From NCBI GenBank assembly GCA_025453445.1, contig JALOQJ010000001.1, positions 9,155 to 73,154 on the forward strand: 64,000 bases of DNA. Reading direction: 5' to 3'. The notes below the pieces were generated by a model, which was given only the letters and a program-made list of their open reading frames with translations, was not told the DNA's origin and made no database searches. The position numbers and the translations under genes were made by a program. This document shows positions 30,255 through 43,233 of the stretch, in pieces; within the stretch, counting starts at the first letter, position 1, and every line of letters begins with the position of its first letter. The stretch comes from Candidatus Omnitrophota bacterium (lineage in GTDB: Bacteria; Omnitrophota; Gorgyraeia; Gygaellales; Profunditerraquicolaceae).

Positions 30255-32093
30255 TTATTCAACCGTGACTGACTTGGCTAAATTACGTGGCTGGTCCACA
30301 TCACAGCCGCGCTTAACCGCAACATAATATGCCAACAACTGTAAAGGAATGGCTGTAAGCAGCGGAGAGAGAAATTCTTCCATCCTGGGGATATAAATAA
30401 CTTCGTGGGTCAGGTCTTTAATTTTTTCATCGCCGCTTGTGGCAATAGCAATAATAATTCCGCGGCGCGAGCGTATCTCCTGAATATTGGAGACCATTTT
30501 TTCATAAACTTTTGATTCGGGAGCAATACAGACAACTGCGCGGTATTCATCAATTAAAGCAATCGGCCCATGTTTCATCTCGCCGGCAGCATAACCTTCG
30601 GCAGGAATATAGGAAATCTCTTTCAGCTTCAAAGCGCCTTCCAAAGCCATCGGATAATTGATATTCCTGCCTAAAAATAAGAACGAACCGAAATGATGGT
30701 GCTTATGGGCAGTGACTTTAATAGCATTTTGTTTCTTTAAGATATCTACCTGCATCCGCGGAATTGCAGCAAGCTGATTCAAGAGCTTATTTAACTTATC
30801 AACGGCTAGAGTTTTTTTCAACTGCCCCAAATACAGGGCAAACACGTATAACACTGCCAGCTGCGCAGTAAAAGCCTTGGTAGATGCCACTCCGATTTCC
30901 GGGCCGGCGTGTGTATAAATTACCCCGTCGGATTCCCGCACCAGCGTCGAGCCTAAAACATTACAAATAGTTAAAGTAATTGCTCCTTTAAACTTGGCCT
31001 CCCTGACTGCAGCTAAAGTATCCGCGGTTTCACCGGACTGGCTGATCGAAATCACCAGGTCGCCTCTATTCACTAATGGGTTACGGTAGCGGAATTCGCT
31101 GGAGACATCCACAGAAACAGGCAGCGGGCAAACTTCTTCCAAAATATACTTACCGCATAAACCGGCATGATATGCCGTGCCGCAGGCAACGATGATAATA
31201 TTTTTCGCTGCCGCCAGCTTGGCCTGAGGGATTTTTAGTTCTTCAAACGCTATCCTCCGGCTGCCCTGTTTTATCCTCTGCCCCAGAATATCTTCTAAAA
31301 CTTTGGGCTGCTCATTAATTTCTTTGAGCATAAAATGCGGGTAGCCCTGTTTTTGCGCCTGAGAAATATCCCAGGTAATATGCACAGGCTGCCTTTTCAC
31401 CGGCTTACCTGAAAAATCGATAATTTTAGCGTTGCGGCCGGTTAAAACCGCAATTTCATCATCTTCTAAAAAAATAGCATCTTTTGCAAAATCAAGCAGC
31501 GCAGGAATATCTGAAGCAAGAAAGTTTTCTTCCCGGCCTACGCCAATTACCAGAGGGCTGCCCCTGCGCGCGCCGATTAATTTCCCCGGCTCTTTTTTAG
31601 AGATAACCGCAATGGCAAATGAACCATCGAGCAATGCCGCTGCTTTTTTTACCGCTTCTTCCAGAGGAACGCCGCGATAAAACTTTTCTATTAAATGCAC
31701 GATTACCTCGGTATCAGTCTGGCTTAAAAAAACGTGCCCTTCTCTAATTAAGTCTTTTTTTAATTGTGAATGGTTTTCAATGATGCCATTATGCACCAGA
31801 GCGATTTCGCTTTTACAGTCCAGATGTGGATGGGCATTTGCCTGATTAGGGGCTCCGTGTGTGGCCCAGCGGCAATGGCCAATACCACAGCTACCGGAGA
31901 GCGGTTTGCTTTTAAGTAATTTTTCTAAATCTTTGACTTTACCGGGAAGTTTTCTTACGGAAAGGGATTTTTTCTGATCAAGGTATGTGACGATGCCGCA
32001 GGAATCATACCCTCGATATTCTAAACGCTGCAGGCCATCCAAAAGAATGGGCTGTGCAACTCTTTCGCCTACATAACCGATTATCCCGCACAT
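30255..32093 (-). CDS. glmS: Glutamine--fructose-6-phosphate aminotransferase
   Basis: MCGIIGYVG N-terminus and two SIS domains; 612 aa. Confidence 0.95.
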   Translation of the reverse strand: MCGIIGYVGERVAQPILLDGLQRLEYRGYDSCGIVTYLDQKKSLSVRKLPGKVKDLEKLLKSKPLSGSCGIGHCRWATHGAPNQANAHPHLDCKSEIALVHNGIIENHSQLKKDLIREGHVFLSQTDTEVIVHLIEKFYRGVPLEEAVKKAAALLDGSFAIAVISKKEPGKLIGARRGSPLVIGVGREENFLASDIPALLDFAKDAIFLEDDEIAVLTGRNAKIIDFSGKPVKRQPVHITWDISQAQKQGYPHFMLKEINEQPKVLEDILGQRIKQGSRRIAFEELKIPQAKLAAAKNIIIVACGTAYHAGLCGKYILEEVCPLPVSVDVSSEFRYRNPLVNRGDLVISISQSGETADTLAAVREAKFKGAITLTICNVLGSTLVRESDGVIYTHAGPEIGVASTKAFTAQLAVLYVFALYLGQLKKTLAVDKLNKLLNQLAAIPRMQVDILKKQNAIKVTAHKHHHFGSFLFLGRNINYPMALEGALKLKEISYIPAEGYAAGEMKHGPIALIDEYRAVVCIAPESKVYEKMVSNIQEIRSRRGIIIAIATSGDEKIKDLTHEVIYIPRMEEFLSPLLTAIPLQLLAYYVAVKRGCDVDQPRNLAKSVTVE

Positions 32094-32108
32094 TTAAGCA
32101 CCTGATAG

Positions 32109-32183
32109 AATGTCCCCAACCGGATTTGAACCGGTGTCGAGAGCTTGAAAAGCTCTTGTCCTAGACCAGGCTAGACGATGGGG
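32109..32183 (-). tRNA. tRNA-Glu (anticodon TTC)
   Basis: Acceptor GUCCCCA/UGGGGAC, anticodon loop UUUUCAA. Confidence 0.9.
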
Positions 32184-32251
32184 ACGATATTTTACTAATC
32201 CTCAATCCCGTGATCTGCCGAAGGCAGATTTTACGGGATGGGGACGTAATA

Positions 32252-34684
32252 TTATTCTTCCGCGTCGGCAATTACAGGTGCAACGCAGGAAACATGATCC
32301 TTATCTTGTAATTTAATCAACCGCACGCCCTGCGCAGACCTGCCGGTAGTGCGTATATCTTTAATCGCACAGCGCAAGAACATCCCGTTTTGTGTAATTA
32401 CCATTAGTTCATCATTATCACTGACGGTTTTCATACTCACTGCTTCGCCATTCTTGCTGGTAACTTTAATATTAATAACGCCTTTCCCGCCGCGGCTGGT
32501 TAAACGGTATTCTTCGATAGGCGTACGCTTGGCAAAACCTAACCCTGTAACAGTCAATATGTTTGTATCTTTTTGCGCCAGGACCATGGCAATTACTTCG
32601 TCTTTTTTAGCCAAAGAAATGCCGCGCACGCCGCGCGCGCCCCTGCCCATATCGCGTACTTTTGCTTCTAAAAATCTGATTGCTTTACCCTGCCGGGTGC
32701 CAATCAACAATTCTTGTTTACCATCAGTAAGTTCAACTCCGATTAACTCGTCGTCTTTGTCTAAAGTAATCCCGATAATCCCACCTTTGCGCGGATTACT
32801 GTAAGCATCGAGTTTGGTTTTTTTAATTGCGCCGCACTTAGTTACCATAACTAAATATTTGTCAGGAGAAAATTCTTTTACCGGTACGGTAGAGCTGACT
32901 TTATAGCCTGCTTCCATCTGTACCAAATTAACAATCGCCTTGCCTTTGGAAATACGGCTACCTTGCGGAATCTCATAAACCTTCAACCAATGTACCTGTC
33001 CTTTATCTGTAAAAATCAGCAGGTAATCTTTTGTCGAAGCAACAAAAAGATGCTCGATAAAATCTTCGTCTTTGACTTCTGCTCCGGTTGCCCCGCGGCC
33101 GCCGCGCTTTTGTTTACGGTAAGCACTCACCGGCAGGCGCTTAATATATCCGCCGTGGCTGATTGTTACAACCACATCTTCTTCGGCAATTAAATCTTCT
33201 ATTTCTAATTCTTCCACTTCTCCGACGATATCCGTGCGGCGCTGATCCGCGTATTTTTTCTTCAGGTTTTCCAACTCTTCTTTAATAATCCCTTCGATCT
33301 TTTTCTCCGATGCTAAAATCGCCCGGCAAATCTCGATTTTCTTCAAAAGCTCCAGGTATTCAGCATCAATTTTATCACGCTCAAGCGCGGTCAGGCGCTG
33401 CAGCTGCATTTCCAAAATTGCCTGCGCCTGAATTTCAGACAACTCGAATTCTTCCATCATCCGCTCTTTAGCGTCCTGCGTATTTTTGGAAGTTTTAATC
33501 GTCTTGATGATCCGGTCGATAAATTTCAGGGCGATTTTTAAACCCTCTAGAATATGCGCCCGTTTTAAAGCCTTGTCTAATTCAAACTGTGTCCTGCGCC
33601 GAATAATCACCTTGCGGTGCGCGATATATGCCTCAAGCATCTGGCGTAAAGTCAAAACACGCGGCCGGTTATCTACCAGCGCCAGCATAATAATCCCAAA
33701 TGTCCCTTCCAGCTGTGTATGCTTAAATAGCTGGTTTAAAATAATCTGCGGCTCAGTATCGCGCTTGAGCTCCACCACAATACGCATACCGTCTTTATCA
33801 GACTCATCGCGGATATCAGAAATCCCTTCCAGTTTCTTATCATCTACAAGGCCGGCGATAGCTTCAATCAGGCCGGCTTTTTGCACCTGATAAGGGATTT
33901 CCGTAATCACAATCAGATCTTTGCCATTCTTTTGATGTTCGATTGTAGCCCGGGCGCGAACAGTGATTTTGCCTCTACCAGTAGTATAGGCTTCTTTAAT
34001 CCCGGTTTTGCCACAAATTACACCGCCCGTGGGAAAATCCGGCCCCTTAACAAAACGCATCAACTCTTTTATATCTGCCTCAGGATTATCCAGCAGGTGC
34101 ATAATCGCATCAGCGATTTCATTTAAATTATGCGGCGGGATATTCGTTGCCATACCTACGGCAATGCCGCTTGAGCCATTGACTAATAAATTAGGCAGGG
34201 CTGCCGGCAATAATAACGGCTCCTGCAGAGAAGCGTCAAAGTTCGGGCCAAAATTTACCGTATCTTTATCAATATCAGCCAGCATATCATCAGAAACTGC
34301 TGCCAGGCGCGCCTCAGTATAACGCATTGCTGCCGCGGAATCGCCATCAACTGAACCAAAGTTGCCCTGACCATCCACTAAAGGATAACGCAGAGAAAAA
34401 TCCTGTGCCATTCTTACTAGAGTATCATAGACTGCAACATCTCCATGGGGATGATATTTACCTAAGACCTCGCCGACGATACGCGCGCATTTTTTATATG
34501 ATTTAGAATGATCGAGGTTCAATTCCTGCATCGCATAAAGGATCCTGCGGTGCACCGGCTTTAAGCCGTCGCGCACATCCGGCAAAGCGCGGCCGACTAT
34601 AACGCTCATCGCGTAATTAAGGTAAGAATCCTTTACTTCCTCTTCAATATAAATCGGGATTATTTTCTCGTTGCGTGTATACAT
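32252..34684 (-). CDS. gyrA: DNA gyrase subunit A
   Basis: 810 aa with the [10 protein letters not shown] active-site region and C-terminal beta-pinwheel repeats. Confidence 0.95.
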   Translation of the reverse strand: MYTRNEKIIPIYIEEEVKDSYLNYAMSVIVGRALPDVRDGLKPVHRRILYAMQELNLDHSKSYKKCARIVGEVLGKYHPHGDVAVYDTLVRMAQDFSLRYPLVDGQGNFGSVDGDSAAAMRYTEARLAAVSDDMLADIDKDTVNFGPNFDASLQEPLLLPAALPNLLVNGSSGIAVGMATNIPPHNLNEIADAIMHLLDNPEADIKELMRFVKGPDFPTGGVICGKTGIKEAYTTGRGKITVRARATIEHQKNGKDLIVITEIPYQVQKAGLIEAIAGLVDDKKLEGISDIRDESDKDGMRIVVELKRDTEPQIILNQLFKHTQLEGTFGIIMLALVDNRPRVLTLRQMLEAYIAHRKVIIRRRTQFELDKALKRAHILEGLKIALKFIDRIIKTIKTSKNTQDAKERMMEEFELSEIQAQAILEMQLQRLTALERDKIDAEYLELLKKIEICRAILASEKKIEGIIKEELENLKKKYADQRRTDIVGEVEELEIEDLIAEEDVVVTISHGGYIKRLPVSAYRKQKRGGRGATGAEVKDEDFIEHLFVASTKDYLLIFTDKGQVHWLKVYEIPQGSRISKGKAIVNLVQMEAGYKVSSTVPVKEFSPDKYLVMVTKCGAIKKTKLDAYSNPRKGGIIGITLDKDDELIGVELTDGKQELLIGTRQGKAIRFLEAKVRDMGRGARGVRGISLAKKDEVIAMVLAQKDTNILTVTGLGFAKRTPIEEYRLTSRGGKGVINIKVTSKNGEAVSMKTVSDNDELMVITQNGMFLRCAIKDIRTTGRSAQGVRLIKLQDKDHVSCVAPVIADAEE

Positions 34685-34685
34685 T

Positions 34686-37145
<2,460 letters not shown>

Positions 37146-37427
37146 TTAATCCCCCAAAGAAAAACGGATATCTTTTATTGCCTCTGATTCACGCTGCATT
37201 TTTTTTAGCAAATCTTGTTTTTGCACACTCAAGTAATACAGCCAAGTTGACGAATCTACTTTAATGCTCAGTATCCCTTTACGGAAATTGTATAATTTTA
37301 CATGGCTTAGGGCTTTTTTGGCAAGAGTTTTTTTTAACCAGGCGCCGGGCTCGTCGGAAGAAACGGGTTTATTTTTTCCCTGCCATCCCTCAAAGACCTG
37401 TTGGATCGTATTTTTAATCGGCTCCAT
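37146..37427 (-). CDS. DUF721 (DciA-like) protein
   Basis: 93 aa in the typical position between dnaN and gyrB. Confidence 0.65.
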   Translation of the reverse strand: MEPIKNTIQQVFEGWQGKNKPVSSDEPGAWLKKTLAKKALSHVKLYNFRKGILSIKVDSSTWLYYLSVQKQDLLKKMQRESEAIKDIRFSLGD

Positions 37428-38519
37428 TTAACTCAAGCGCATCGGCAACACAATATAAGTATAGCCATCCACGCGGATAACTCCGGGCTTTTCACTATCA
37501 CTCACCTCAAAGCCCACACGTTCTTCGCTAAGGTTTTTCAACACATCGATAATATACACTGGATTAAAACCAATCGCCATTTCTTTGCCATGGTATTCCA
37601 CGTTCAATTCTTCGCGCGATTCACCAATGTCCGGGGTAGATTTTGACACCACCATCCGGTCTTTAAACATTTCCAGTTTTACTGCCTGGTAGTCCGGCGT
37701 AGCTAATAACGCCGCGCGCTTTACTGCCAGTAAAAATTGCTCTCTATCTACCACCACTTTACTTTCAGAAACCGCGGGAATAACCTGACGGTAGTCCGGG
37801 AATTCCCCTTCAATCAGCCGGGAAATTACCACAATCGGGCCCAAATCAAACAAAACCTGATTATTCCCCAAAATCAGCGATAACTCACCATCTTCCCGCA
37901 AATTCCGGTTGAGCTCATGAATGGTTTTAATCGGTACAATCATATTCACAGCCTTGTCGGTTTCTTGCGTCAATTTTTTATCTACAATCGCCAACCGTTT
38001 CCCGTCGGTAGCCACCAGGGTTAGTGTATTTTTATCAATCTTAAATAATATACCATTTAACACATAACGAGTTTCATCAAAAGAAACCGCAAAAGAGGTA
38101 AGATTCAAAATTGCTTTTAACACCCCCTGATCTAACTTAACTACCTCTTTATCTTTAAACTCGGGCAATTTAGGGAACTCTTCTTTACTTAATCCCATAA
38201 TCTTAAATTGACAAGTATCAGTCTCAATAATCACCAAATTGTTTTTTTTCGTGCTTAAATTCACTTCTTCCCCCGGCAATTCCCGAATAATATCACTAAA
38301 ACGCTTAGCCGGCACAGTGATCGAGCCAGGTTCCTGGATATCCACAGGGATTAAACAGGTTATCCCGATATCCAAATCCGTAGCAGTAAGTTTTAATTGA
38401 TTTGTATGTGTTTCTATTAATATGTTGGATAGTATTGGTAATGCTGATTTAGGAGTAATAACATTTTGTACTGTTTGTATACCGGTCAATAATACTTCTT
38501 TGGTGGTTTTAAACTTCAT
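37428..38519 (-). CDS. dnaN: DNA polymerase III beta sliding clamp
   Basis: 363 aa three-domain clamp, located after dnaA. Confidence 0.9.
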   Translation of the reverse strand: MKFKTTKEVLLTGIQTVQNVITPKSALPILSNILIETHTNQLKLTATDLDIGITCLIPVDIQEPGSITVPAKRFSDIIRELPGEEVNLSTKKNNLVIIETDTCQFKIMGLSKEEFPKLPEFKDKEVVKLDQGVLKAILNLTSFAVSFDETRYVLNGILFKIDKNTLTLVATDGKRLAIVDKKLTQETDKAVNMIVPIKTIHELNRNLREDGELSLILGNNQVLFDLGPIVVISRLIEGEFPDYRQVIPAVSESKVVVDREQFLLAVKRAALLATPDYQAVKLEMFKDRMVVSKSTPDIGESREELNVEYHGKEMAIGFNPVYIIDVLKNLSEERVGFEVSDSEKPGVIRVDGYTYIVLPMRLS

Positions 38520-40218
38520 TTATCCTCCCTATTAATATTAATTATATATAAAATACTTATATAGTCTTCGTAATAAAGGATTTTTGTTTCTGTTAACAAA
38601 CCTATTAACTCATTGAATCTATATAAATTATAATTTCAATATTCTGTGCACAAGTTGAGGTTTTATTGTTGAATAAACTGTATAAGTCGCTCTACCTTGT
38701 TTTTTAACCCCTCATCAGTGGTAATTGCCCCTTTGATTTTATTATAAGAATGCAAAACAGTAGTATGATCTTTACCGCCGAAAAAATCCCCAATTTCCGG
38801 CAAAGATAAATCTGTGAGCTCTCTGCTGATATACATGGCAATTTGGCGCGGCAAGACTATTTGTTTATTGCGCCTTTTAGTTTTTAGGTCGTGTAATGAT
38901 ACACCAAATTCTTCTGAAATACAACGCTGTATAAAATCTATTGTAATCAATTTTTTAGGTTCTTTTAATAGGTCTTTTAAAACTGCCTGAGTTAATTCTA
39001 AGGTGATGGGTTTTTCTTCTAATAAAGAATAAGCGATAGTGCGGATTAATGCGCCTTCCAATTCCCGGATATTGGTTTTAATCAGCTGGGCGATAAAAAA
39101 GATTACATCGTCGGGAACCGACACAGGCTCACGCTCAATTTTTTTCTTTAAAATCGCCACCCGGGTTTCTAGATCCGGCGCCTGAATATCAGTAGAGAGC
39201 CCCCAACTAAAACGCGACACCAAACGGTCCTGGAGGTTAGCTATATCTTTGGGTGGCCGGTCAGAAGAAATAATAATTTGTTTATGCGCGTCGTGCAAAG
39301 CGTTAAAAGTATGAAAAAATTCTTCCTGCGTTGATTCTTTGCCGGCAATAAATTGGATATCATCAATTACCAAAACATCTATGTTTCTGTATTTTTGCCT
39401 GAAAGCAGGAGTGGAATGATGCTGTATGCCGTCGATAAGTTCATTGGTGAATCTTTCCGAAGTAATGTAACAAATTTTAGTATTGGGTATTTGTTTTTTT
39501 ATCTGGTGGCAAATCGCCTGCATCAAATGGGTTTTACCTAAGCCCACCCCGCCATAAATGAATAAAGGGTTATAGGTTTTGGCCGGTGCATCTGAGACTG
39601 CCAAACAATAAGCGTGGGCATGGCGGTTAGAAGCGCCAATAACAAAATTTTCAAAGGTATAACGGGGATTAAGCCCGGCAATCGCCGGGTTTTCCGCGGG
39701 GAAGATATTTTTAGTGCTAAGCTGCGGGCTTGTTGGCTTTACCGTGGCTCCTACGCTTACCTCTAAGCTGACTTCTACCTCTTGTTTGCAGCTGGCACGC
39801 ACTGCTTCCCGGATACTATGTTTGTAGTGTTTCTCTACCCAATCTTTAAAAAAGGCGTCCGGAGCTTCCAGGATCAGCTGTTTGTCTGAGCCTAAGCAAG
39901 GTTTTAACGGTAAAATCCAGGTTTCAAAAGGAGTTTTCCCCAGTTCGGTTTTCAGCCCTTCCGATGCCTTTTCCCAAATGTTTTGAACGTCCAAATTCAC
40001 TCCTCATTTCAGCTATCCACAATTTATACACAACTTGAATAACTCTGTGGAAATATTATAACAGGCAGAAACCTCTTTGCAAATAAAAAAGTTAAGTGCG
40101 ATTTATTATACAAGAATTTTTTCAGCAGTCAACTAAATTTAACAATGGAAAAATAGTTGACGCAGCCGCGCTTTGTGTTATAATTACACCCTATTATAAA
40201 AAAAGGAGTAAAACTAAT
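38520..40218. other. Putative oriC region. AT-rich unwinding element between dnaN and dnaA, plus DnaA-box-like 9-mers upstream of dnaA.
   Basis: 38520-38662 is about 80% AT. CTATCCACA at 40013-40021 and TTTCCACA-like at 40046-40054. Gene orientation switches completely at this point. Confidence 0.5.
38663..40000 (-). CDS. dnaA: Chromosomal replication initiator DnaA
   Basis: AAA+ domain (GGVGLGKTHL), C-terminal DnaA-box-binding HTH. Start is probably the TTG at 39994, which is preceded by AGGAG. Confidence 0.95.
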   Translation of the reverse strand: MNLDVQNIWEKASEGLKTELGKTPFETWILPLKPCLGSDKQLILEAPDAFFKDWVEKHYKHSIREAVRASCKQEVEVSLEVSVGATVKPTSPQLSTKNIFPAENPAIAGLNPRYTFENFVIGASNRHAHAYCLAVSDAPAKTYNPLFIYGGVGLGKTHLMQAICHQIKKQIPNTKICYITSERFTNELIDGIQHHSTPAFRQKYRNIDVLVIDDIQFIAGKESTQEEFFHTFNALHDAHKQIIISSDRPPKDIANLQDRLVSRFSWGLSTDIQAPDLETRVAILKKKIEREPVSVPDDVIFFIAQLIKTNIRELEGALIRTIAYSLLEEKPITLELTQAVLKDLLKEPKKLITIDFIQRCISEEFGVSLHDLKTKRRNKQIVLPRQIAMYISRELTDLSLPEIGDFFGGKDHTTVLHSYNKIKGAITTDEGLKNKVERLIQFIQQ

Positions 40219-40356
40219 ATGAAAAAACATCTTACAACACCGTCAAACCGAATCGGTAAGCGTAAGCATGGTTTCCGCAGCAGGATGAGTTCCAAAACCG
40301 GCCGGGCAGTCCTGGCTCGTCGTCGGCAAAAGGGCAGAAAAAAGATTTGCATTTAA
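40219..40356 (+). CDS. rpmH: 50S ribosomal protein L34
   Basis: [23 protein letters not shown]...; SD AAGGAG 11 nt upstream. Confidence 0.9.
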   Translation: MKKHLTTPSNRIGKRKHGFRSRMSSKTGRAVLARRRQKGRKKICI

Positions 40357-40571
40357 TGCTAAAAACTATTGTCCTGAAGCTGATTAAATACTACCAGAGG
40401 TATGTACGGCCAGCATTGCCTTGCAGTTGCCGATTTGTACCCAGCTGTTCTGAGTATGCTGCGCAGGCAATTATAAAATATGGCCTGTTTAAAGGTAGTA
40501 TTTTAGCCGCTGCAAGATTATTGAGGTGCCACCCGTTCTCTTGTCACGCTGTGGATGACCCTTTGGTATAA
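40356..40571 (+). CDS. yidD: Membrane protein insertion efficiency factor YidD
   Basis: CRFVPSCSEYA motif. Starts at the rpmH stop. No rnpA lies between them. Confidence 0.8.
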   Translation: MLKTIVLKLIKYYQRYVRPALPCSCRFVPSCSEYAAQAIIKYGLFKGSILAAARLLRCHPFSCHAVDDPLV

Positions 40572-40591
40572 CCTGATTTGAGGAGTAAAAT

Positions 40592-42115
40592 ATGGAAAAA
40601 CGCTTAGTTTTAGCTACAACCCTTTCAATTTTAATTCTTTTGCTTTGGTCGGCTATGCTGCCTAAAAAGCCGGTAATGGCGCCTATAGCTGTGCAGAATG
40701 AACAATCTAAGCCGCAAGGCCTAAACTTACCAGCTGAAGTAATGGAAGCACCAGCTGAGGTGCTTATGCCCCCCCTGCTATATTCTCAACCTCAAGAGGA
40801 AATTAGCTTTGTTGAGTCGCAAGCAGCTATCCAAAAAGTAATTTTTAAGAACTATCGTAATCATGAATTATTGCTTAAAAATGCGTTTTTCCTTAGAGGG
40901 CAGAACCTTTCGTTTAAAAAAATTAGTAGTACGCCAAACGAGATCGTTTTTGTCCATTCTGACCAAAATAAAAAGATTATTAAACGTTTTTTAATCAATA
41001 ACTCTAATTATACCATAGATTTAGAAATCAATGTCCAAAATAACTCTGTAACCCCTTTGCCAGTGAATTACGCCATTTCTATAGGCATCTTAGACTTTAA
41101 AACAGACCCAGCAGCCGGACGCTATAGGGATGTGGCTATAGCTACACCGAATAATGGTTTATTGCGTACAACATATGTGAATGGCCGCAAAGATCTGGCG
41201 GTAGAGCAGCCTAGTTTTGTGGCAGTGCGGGATCAATATTTTTGTAATATAGTTGAGCCGCTGAGTGCAGGCCAAACAGTGATTGTCAAAAAACTTAATC
41301 CTAATGAAACTGAAGTCATGCTTGCTCCTAAAGAAATTATACTGGTAGCTGGGGAAAGTGTTGAGCAAAAATTTCGTATATATTTGGGGCCACAAGACTT
41401 AGGAATGATAAAAGCCACTAATCCCGCTTGGGCAAGCGTAATTAATTATGGTTTTTTTGATTTTATTTCTCAACTGCTTTTACAGCTATTAGGCTTCTTT
41501 TATAGCTTGGTGCATAATTGGGGTTTAGCAATTATTATTCTGAGTGTGGCAGTATACTTCCTTCTCTATCCGCTGACTTTGAAGCAAATGCGTTCAATGA
41601 AAGCAATGCAGGCTTTACAGCCGCGGATGGAAGAATTAAAAAAGCTCTATAAAGATAATCCGCAGAAATTACATAAAGAGACCTTAGAGTTATACCGCGA
41701 ACATAAAGTAAATCCCCTTGGCGGATGCCTCCCTCTATTGTTGCAAATGCCCATCTTTTTTGCTCTTTATCAGGCGTTAGCACGCTCAATCGCTTTAAAA
41801 GGCGCGCATTTCTTATGGATCAAAGACTTATCTGAGCCGGATCGCTTAGCCCGGCTGCCGTTTAATTTGCCGGTGCTGGGTAATGAATTTAATATATTGC
41901 CGATTCTTATGGCAGTAGTGATGTTTTTCCAGCAAAAAGCCTCTTCAGCGTCTATGGGTAGCGAACATGCTGAACAGCAGAAAATTATGCTCATTGTAAT
42001 GCCGATATTGTTTGGTATGATTTTTTACCGCATGCCTGCTGGGTTAGTTTTGTATTGGTTCGTGAATAGCCTTCTTATGGCCACTTACCAATTTAAAATT
42101 AATAAAGCAAAATGA
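40592..42115 (+). CDS. yidC: Membrane protein insertase YidC (long periplasmic domain, diderm type)
   Basis: 507 aa with N-terminal TM, a large periplasmic domain, and a C-terminal 5-TM core with a basic tail. Confidence 0.9.
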   Translation: MEKRLVLATTLSILILLLWSAMLPKKPVMAPIAVQNEQSKPQGLNLPAEVMEAPAEVLMPPLLYSQPQEEISFVESQAAIQKVIFKNYRNHELLLKNAFFLRGQNLSFKKISSTPNEIVFVHSDQNKKIIKRFLINNSNYTIDLEINVQNNSVTPLPVNYAISIGILDFKTDPAAGRYRDVAIATPNNGLLRTTYVNGRKDLAVEQPSFVAVRDQYFCNIVEPLSAGQTVIVKKLNPNETEVMLAPKEIILVAGESVEQKFRIYLGPQDLGMIKATNPAWASVINYGFFDFISQLLLQLLGFFYSLVHNWGLAIIILSVAVYFLLYPLTLKQMRSMKAMQALQPRMEELKKLYKDNPQKLHKETLELYREHKVNPLGGCLPLLLQMPIFFALYQALARSIALKGAHFLWIKDLSEPDRLARLPFNLPVLGNEFNILPILMAVVMFFQQKASSASMGSEHAEQQKIMLIVMPILFGMIFYRMPAGLVLYWFVNSLLMATYQFKINKAK

Positions 42116-42312
42116 TCAAGAGAACCAGCATTGAAATTGAAGGCAAGACCGTTGAGGAAGCAGTTAAGATTGCTTTACAGGAACTCAAACTGCCTCGAGA
42201 TAAAGTCAAAATTGAGGTACTTTCTGAAGAAGAAAAAGGCCTTTTTGGCATGCCTGGAGCAAAACCAGCCAAGGTACGAGTTACGCTGATTAAAGACAAA
42301 GAAAAGGCTTGA
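42112..42312 (+). CDS. Jag N-terminal domain protein (short)
   Basis: 66 aa resembling Jag_N only, with no KH/R3H. Overlaps the yidC stop. Confidence 0.55.
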   Translation: MIKRTSIEIEGKTVEEAVKIALQELKLPRDKVKIEVLSEEEKGLFGMPGAKPAKVRVTLIKDKEKA

Positions 42313-42427
42313 CAATAGCCTTAATTTTTAGATAATAAAGGTAAAGCTAAAGCAATGTTGCCCGTAGAACATGTTTCCATAGGAACATTTTGATATGTTC
42401 CTCGTACAACATTTCGTAACCTAATAC

Positions 42428-43231
42428 ATGACAATGGGTAAAATTATCACGGTTTGTAATCAAAAAGGCGGCACAGGCAAAACCACCTCGGCAATTAATT
42501 TAGCAGCCTATTTGGCAATAGCCGCTAAAAAAGTCCTTTTGGTTGATTTGGATCCGCAGGCTAATGCCACTAGCGGTTCAGGCGTCAATAAACATAATAT
42601 TAAAAAAAGCACCTACCATGTTTTGCTGGAGGAAATGGATATTAAAGAAATCCTGCAGCCTACAGCAATTCCCGGTTTATATTTAGCCCCTTCTAATTTG
42701 GACCTTACCGGCGCAGAAGTAGAATTAGTCAGCGCCTTAGGCAGGGAGTATAGATTAAAAAGAGCCCTGGCCAAAGAAAGAGATAATTTTGATTTTATTA
42801 TTATTGATTCGCCGCCATCCTTGGGGCTTTTAACCATTAATGCCTTGTGTGCTGCAGATTCAGTATTGGTGCCGGTTCAATGTGAATATTATGCTTTAGA
42901 AGGCGTGTCGCAACTCATTAATACTGTTAAACTTGTGAAAGATAATCTCAATCCGAATTTAGATATCGAAGGCGTTTTATTAACTATGGCAGATTTCCGT
43001 ACTAATCTGACTAAAGAAGTAGTGCAGGAAGTAAAGAATCATTTTAAAGGTAAGGTTTATCAAACTATTATTCCGCGCAGCATTCGTTTAACCGAAGCAC
43101 CTAGTTATGGCAAGCCAGTTGCTCTATACGATAAAGATTCTTTAGGCGCGAAAAAATACGAAGACTTAGCTAAAGAAGTAATGGGAATAAAATTGTCCAA
43201 TCTGCCAGTTGAGGCAGTTGAAGGAGAGTAA
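42428..43231 (+). CDS. parA: Chromosome partitioning ATPase ParA/Soj
   Basis: Deviant Walker A KGGTGKTT; 267 aa. Confidence 0.9.
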   Translation: MTMGKIITVCNQKGGTGKTTSAINLAAYLAIAAKKVLLVDLDPQANATSGSGVNKHNIKKSTYHVLLEEMDIKEILQPTAIPGLYLAPSNLDLTGAEVELVSALGREYRLKRALAKERDNFDFIIIDSPPSLGLLTINALCAADSVLVPVQCEYYALEGVSQLINTVKLVKDNLNPNLDIEGVLLTMADFRTNLTKEVVQEVKNHFKGKVYQTIIPRSIRLTEAPSYGKPVALYDKDSLGAKKYEDLAKEVMGIKLSNLPVEAVEGE

Positions 43232-43233
43232 TT

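Noticed and set aside
32174-32250. GATGGGGACG is duplicated at the tRNA-Glu 5' end and again 60 bp away after a CCCGT/ACGGG + ATCTGCC/GGCAGAT hairpin. This is possibly an att-like direct repeat.
   Set aside because: Only 10-11 bp long, and it involves the tRNA 5' end rather than the 3' end. No integrase or island lies between, so it is most likely chance plus a gyrA terminator hairpin.
42313-42427. GAACAT-containing inverted repeats (GGAACATTTTGATATGTTCC, GAACATGTTT) upstream of parA, considered as LexA/Cheo-box or parS sites
   Set aside because: The spacing (GAAC-N10-GTTC) does not fit the Cheo box (GAAC-N4-GTTC) or the parS consensus (TGTTTCACGTGAAACA). They are kept only as a possible parA operator, and not reported as a feature.
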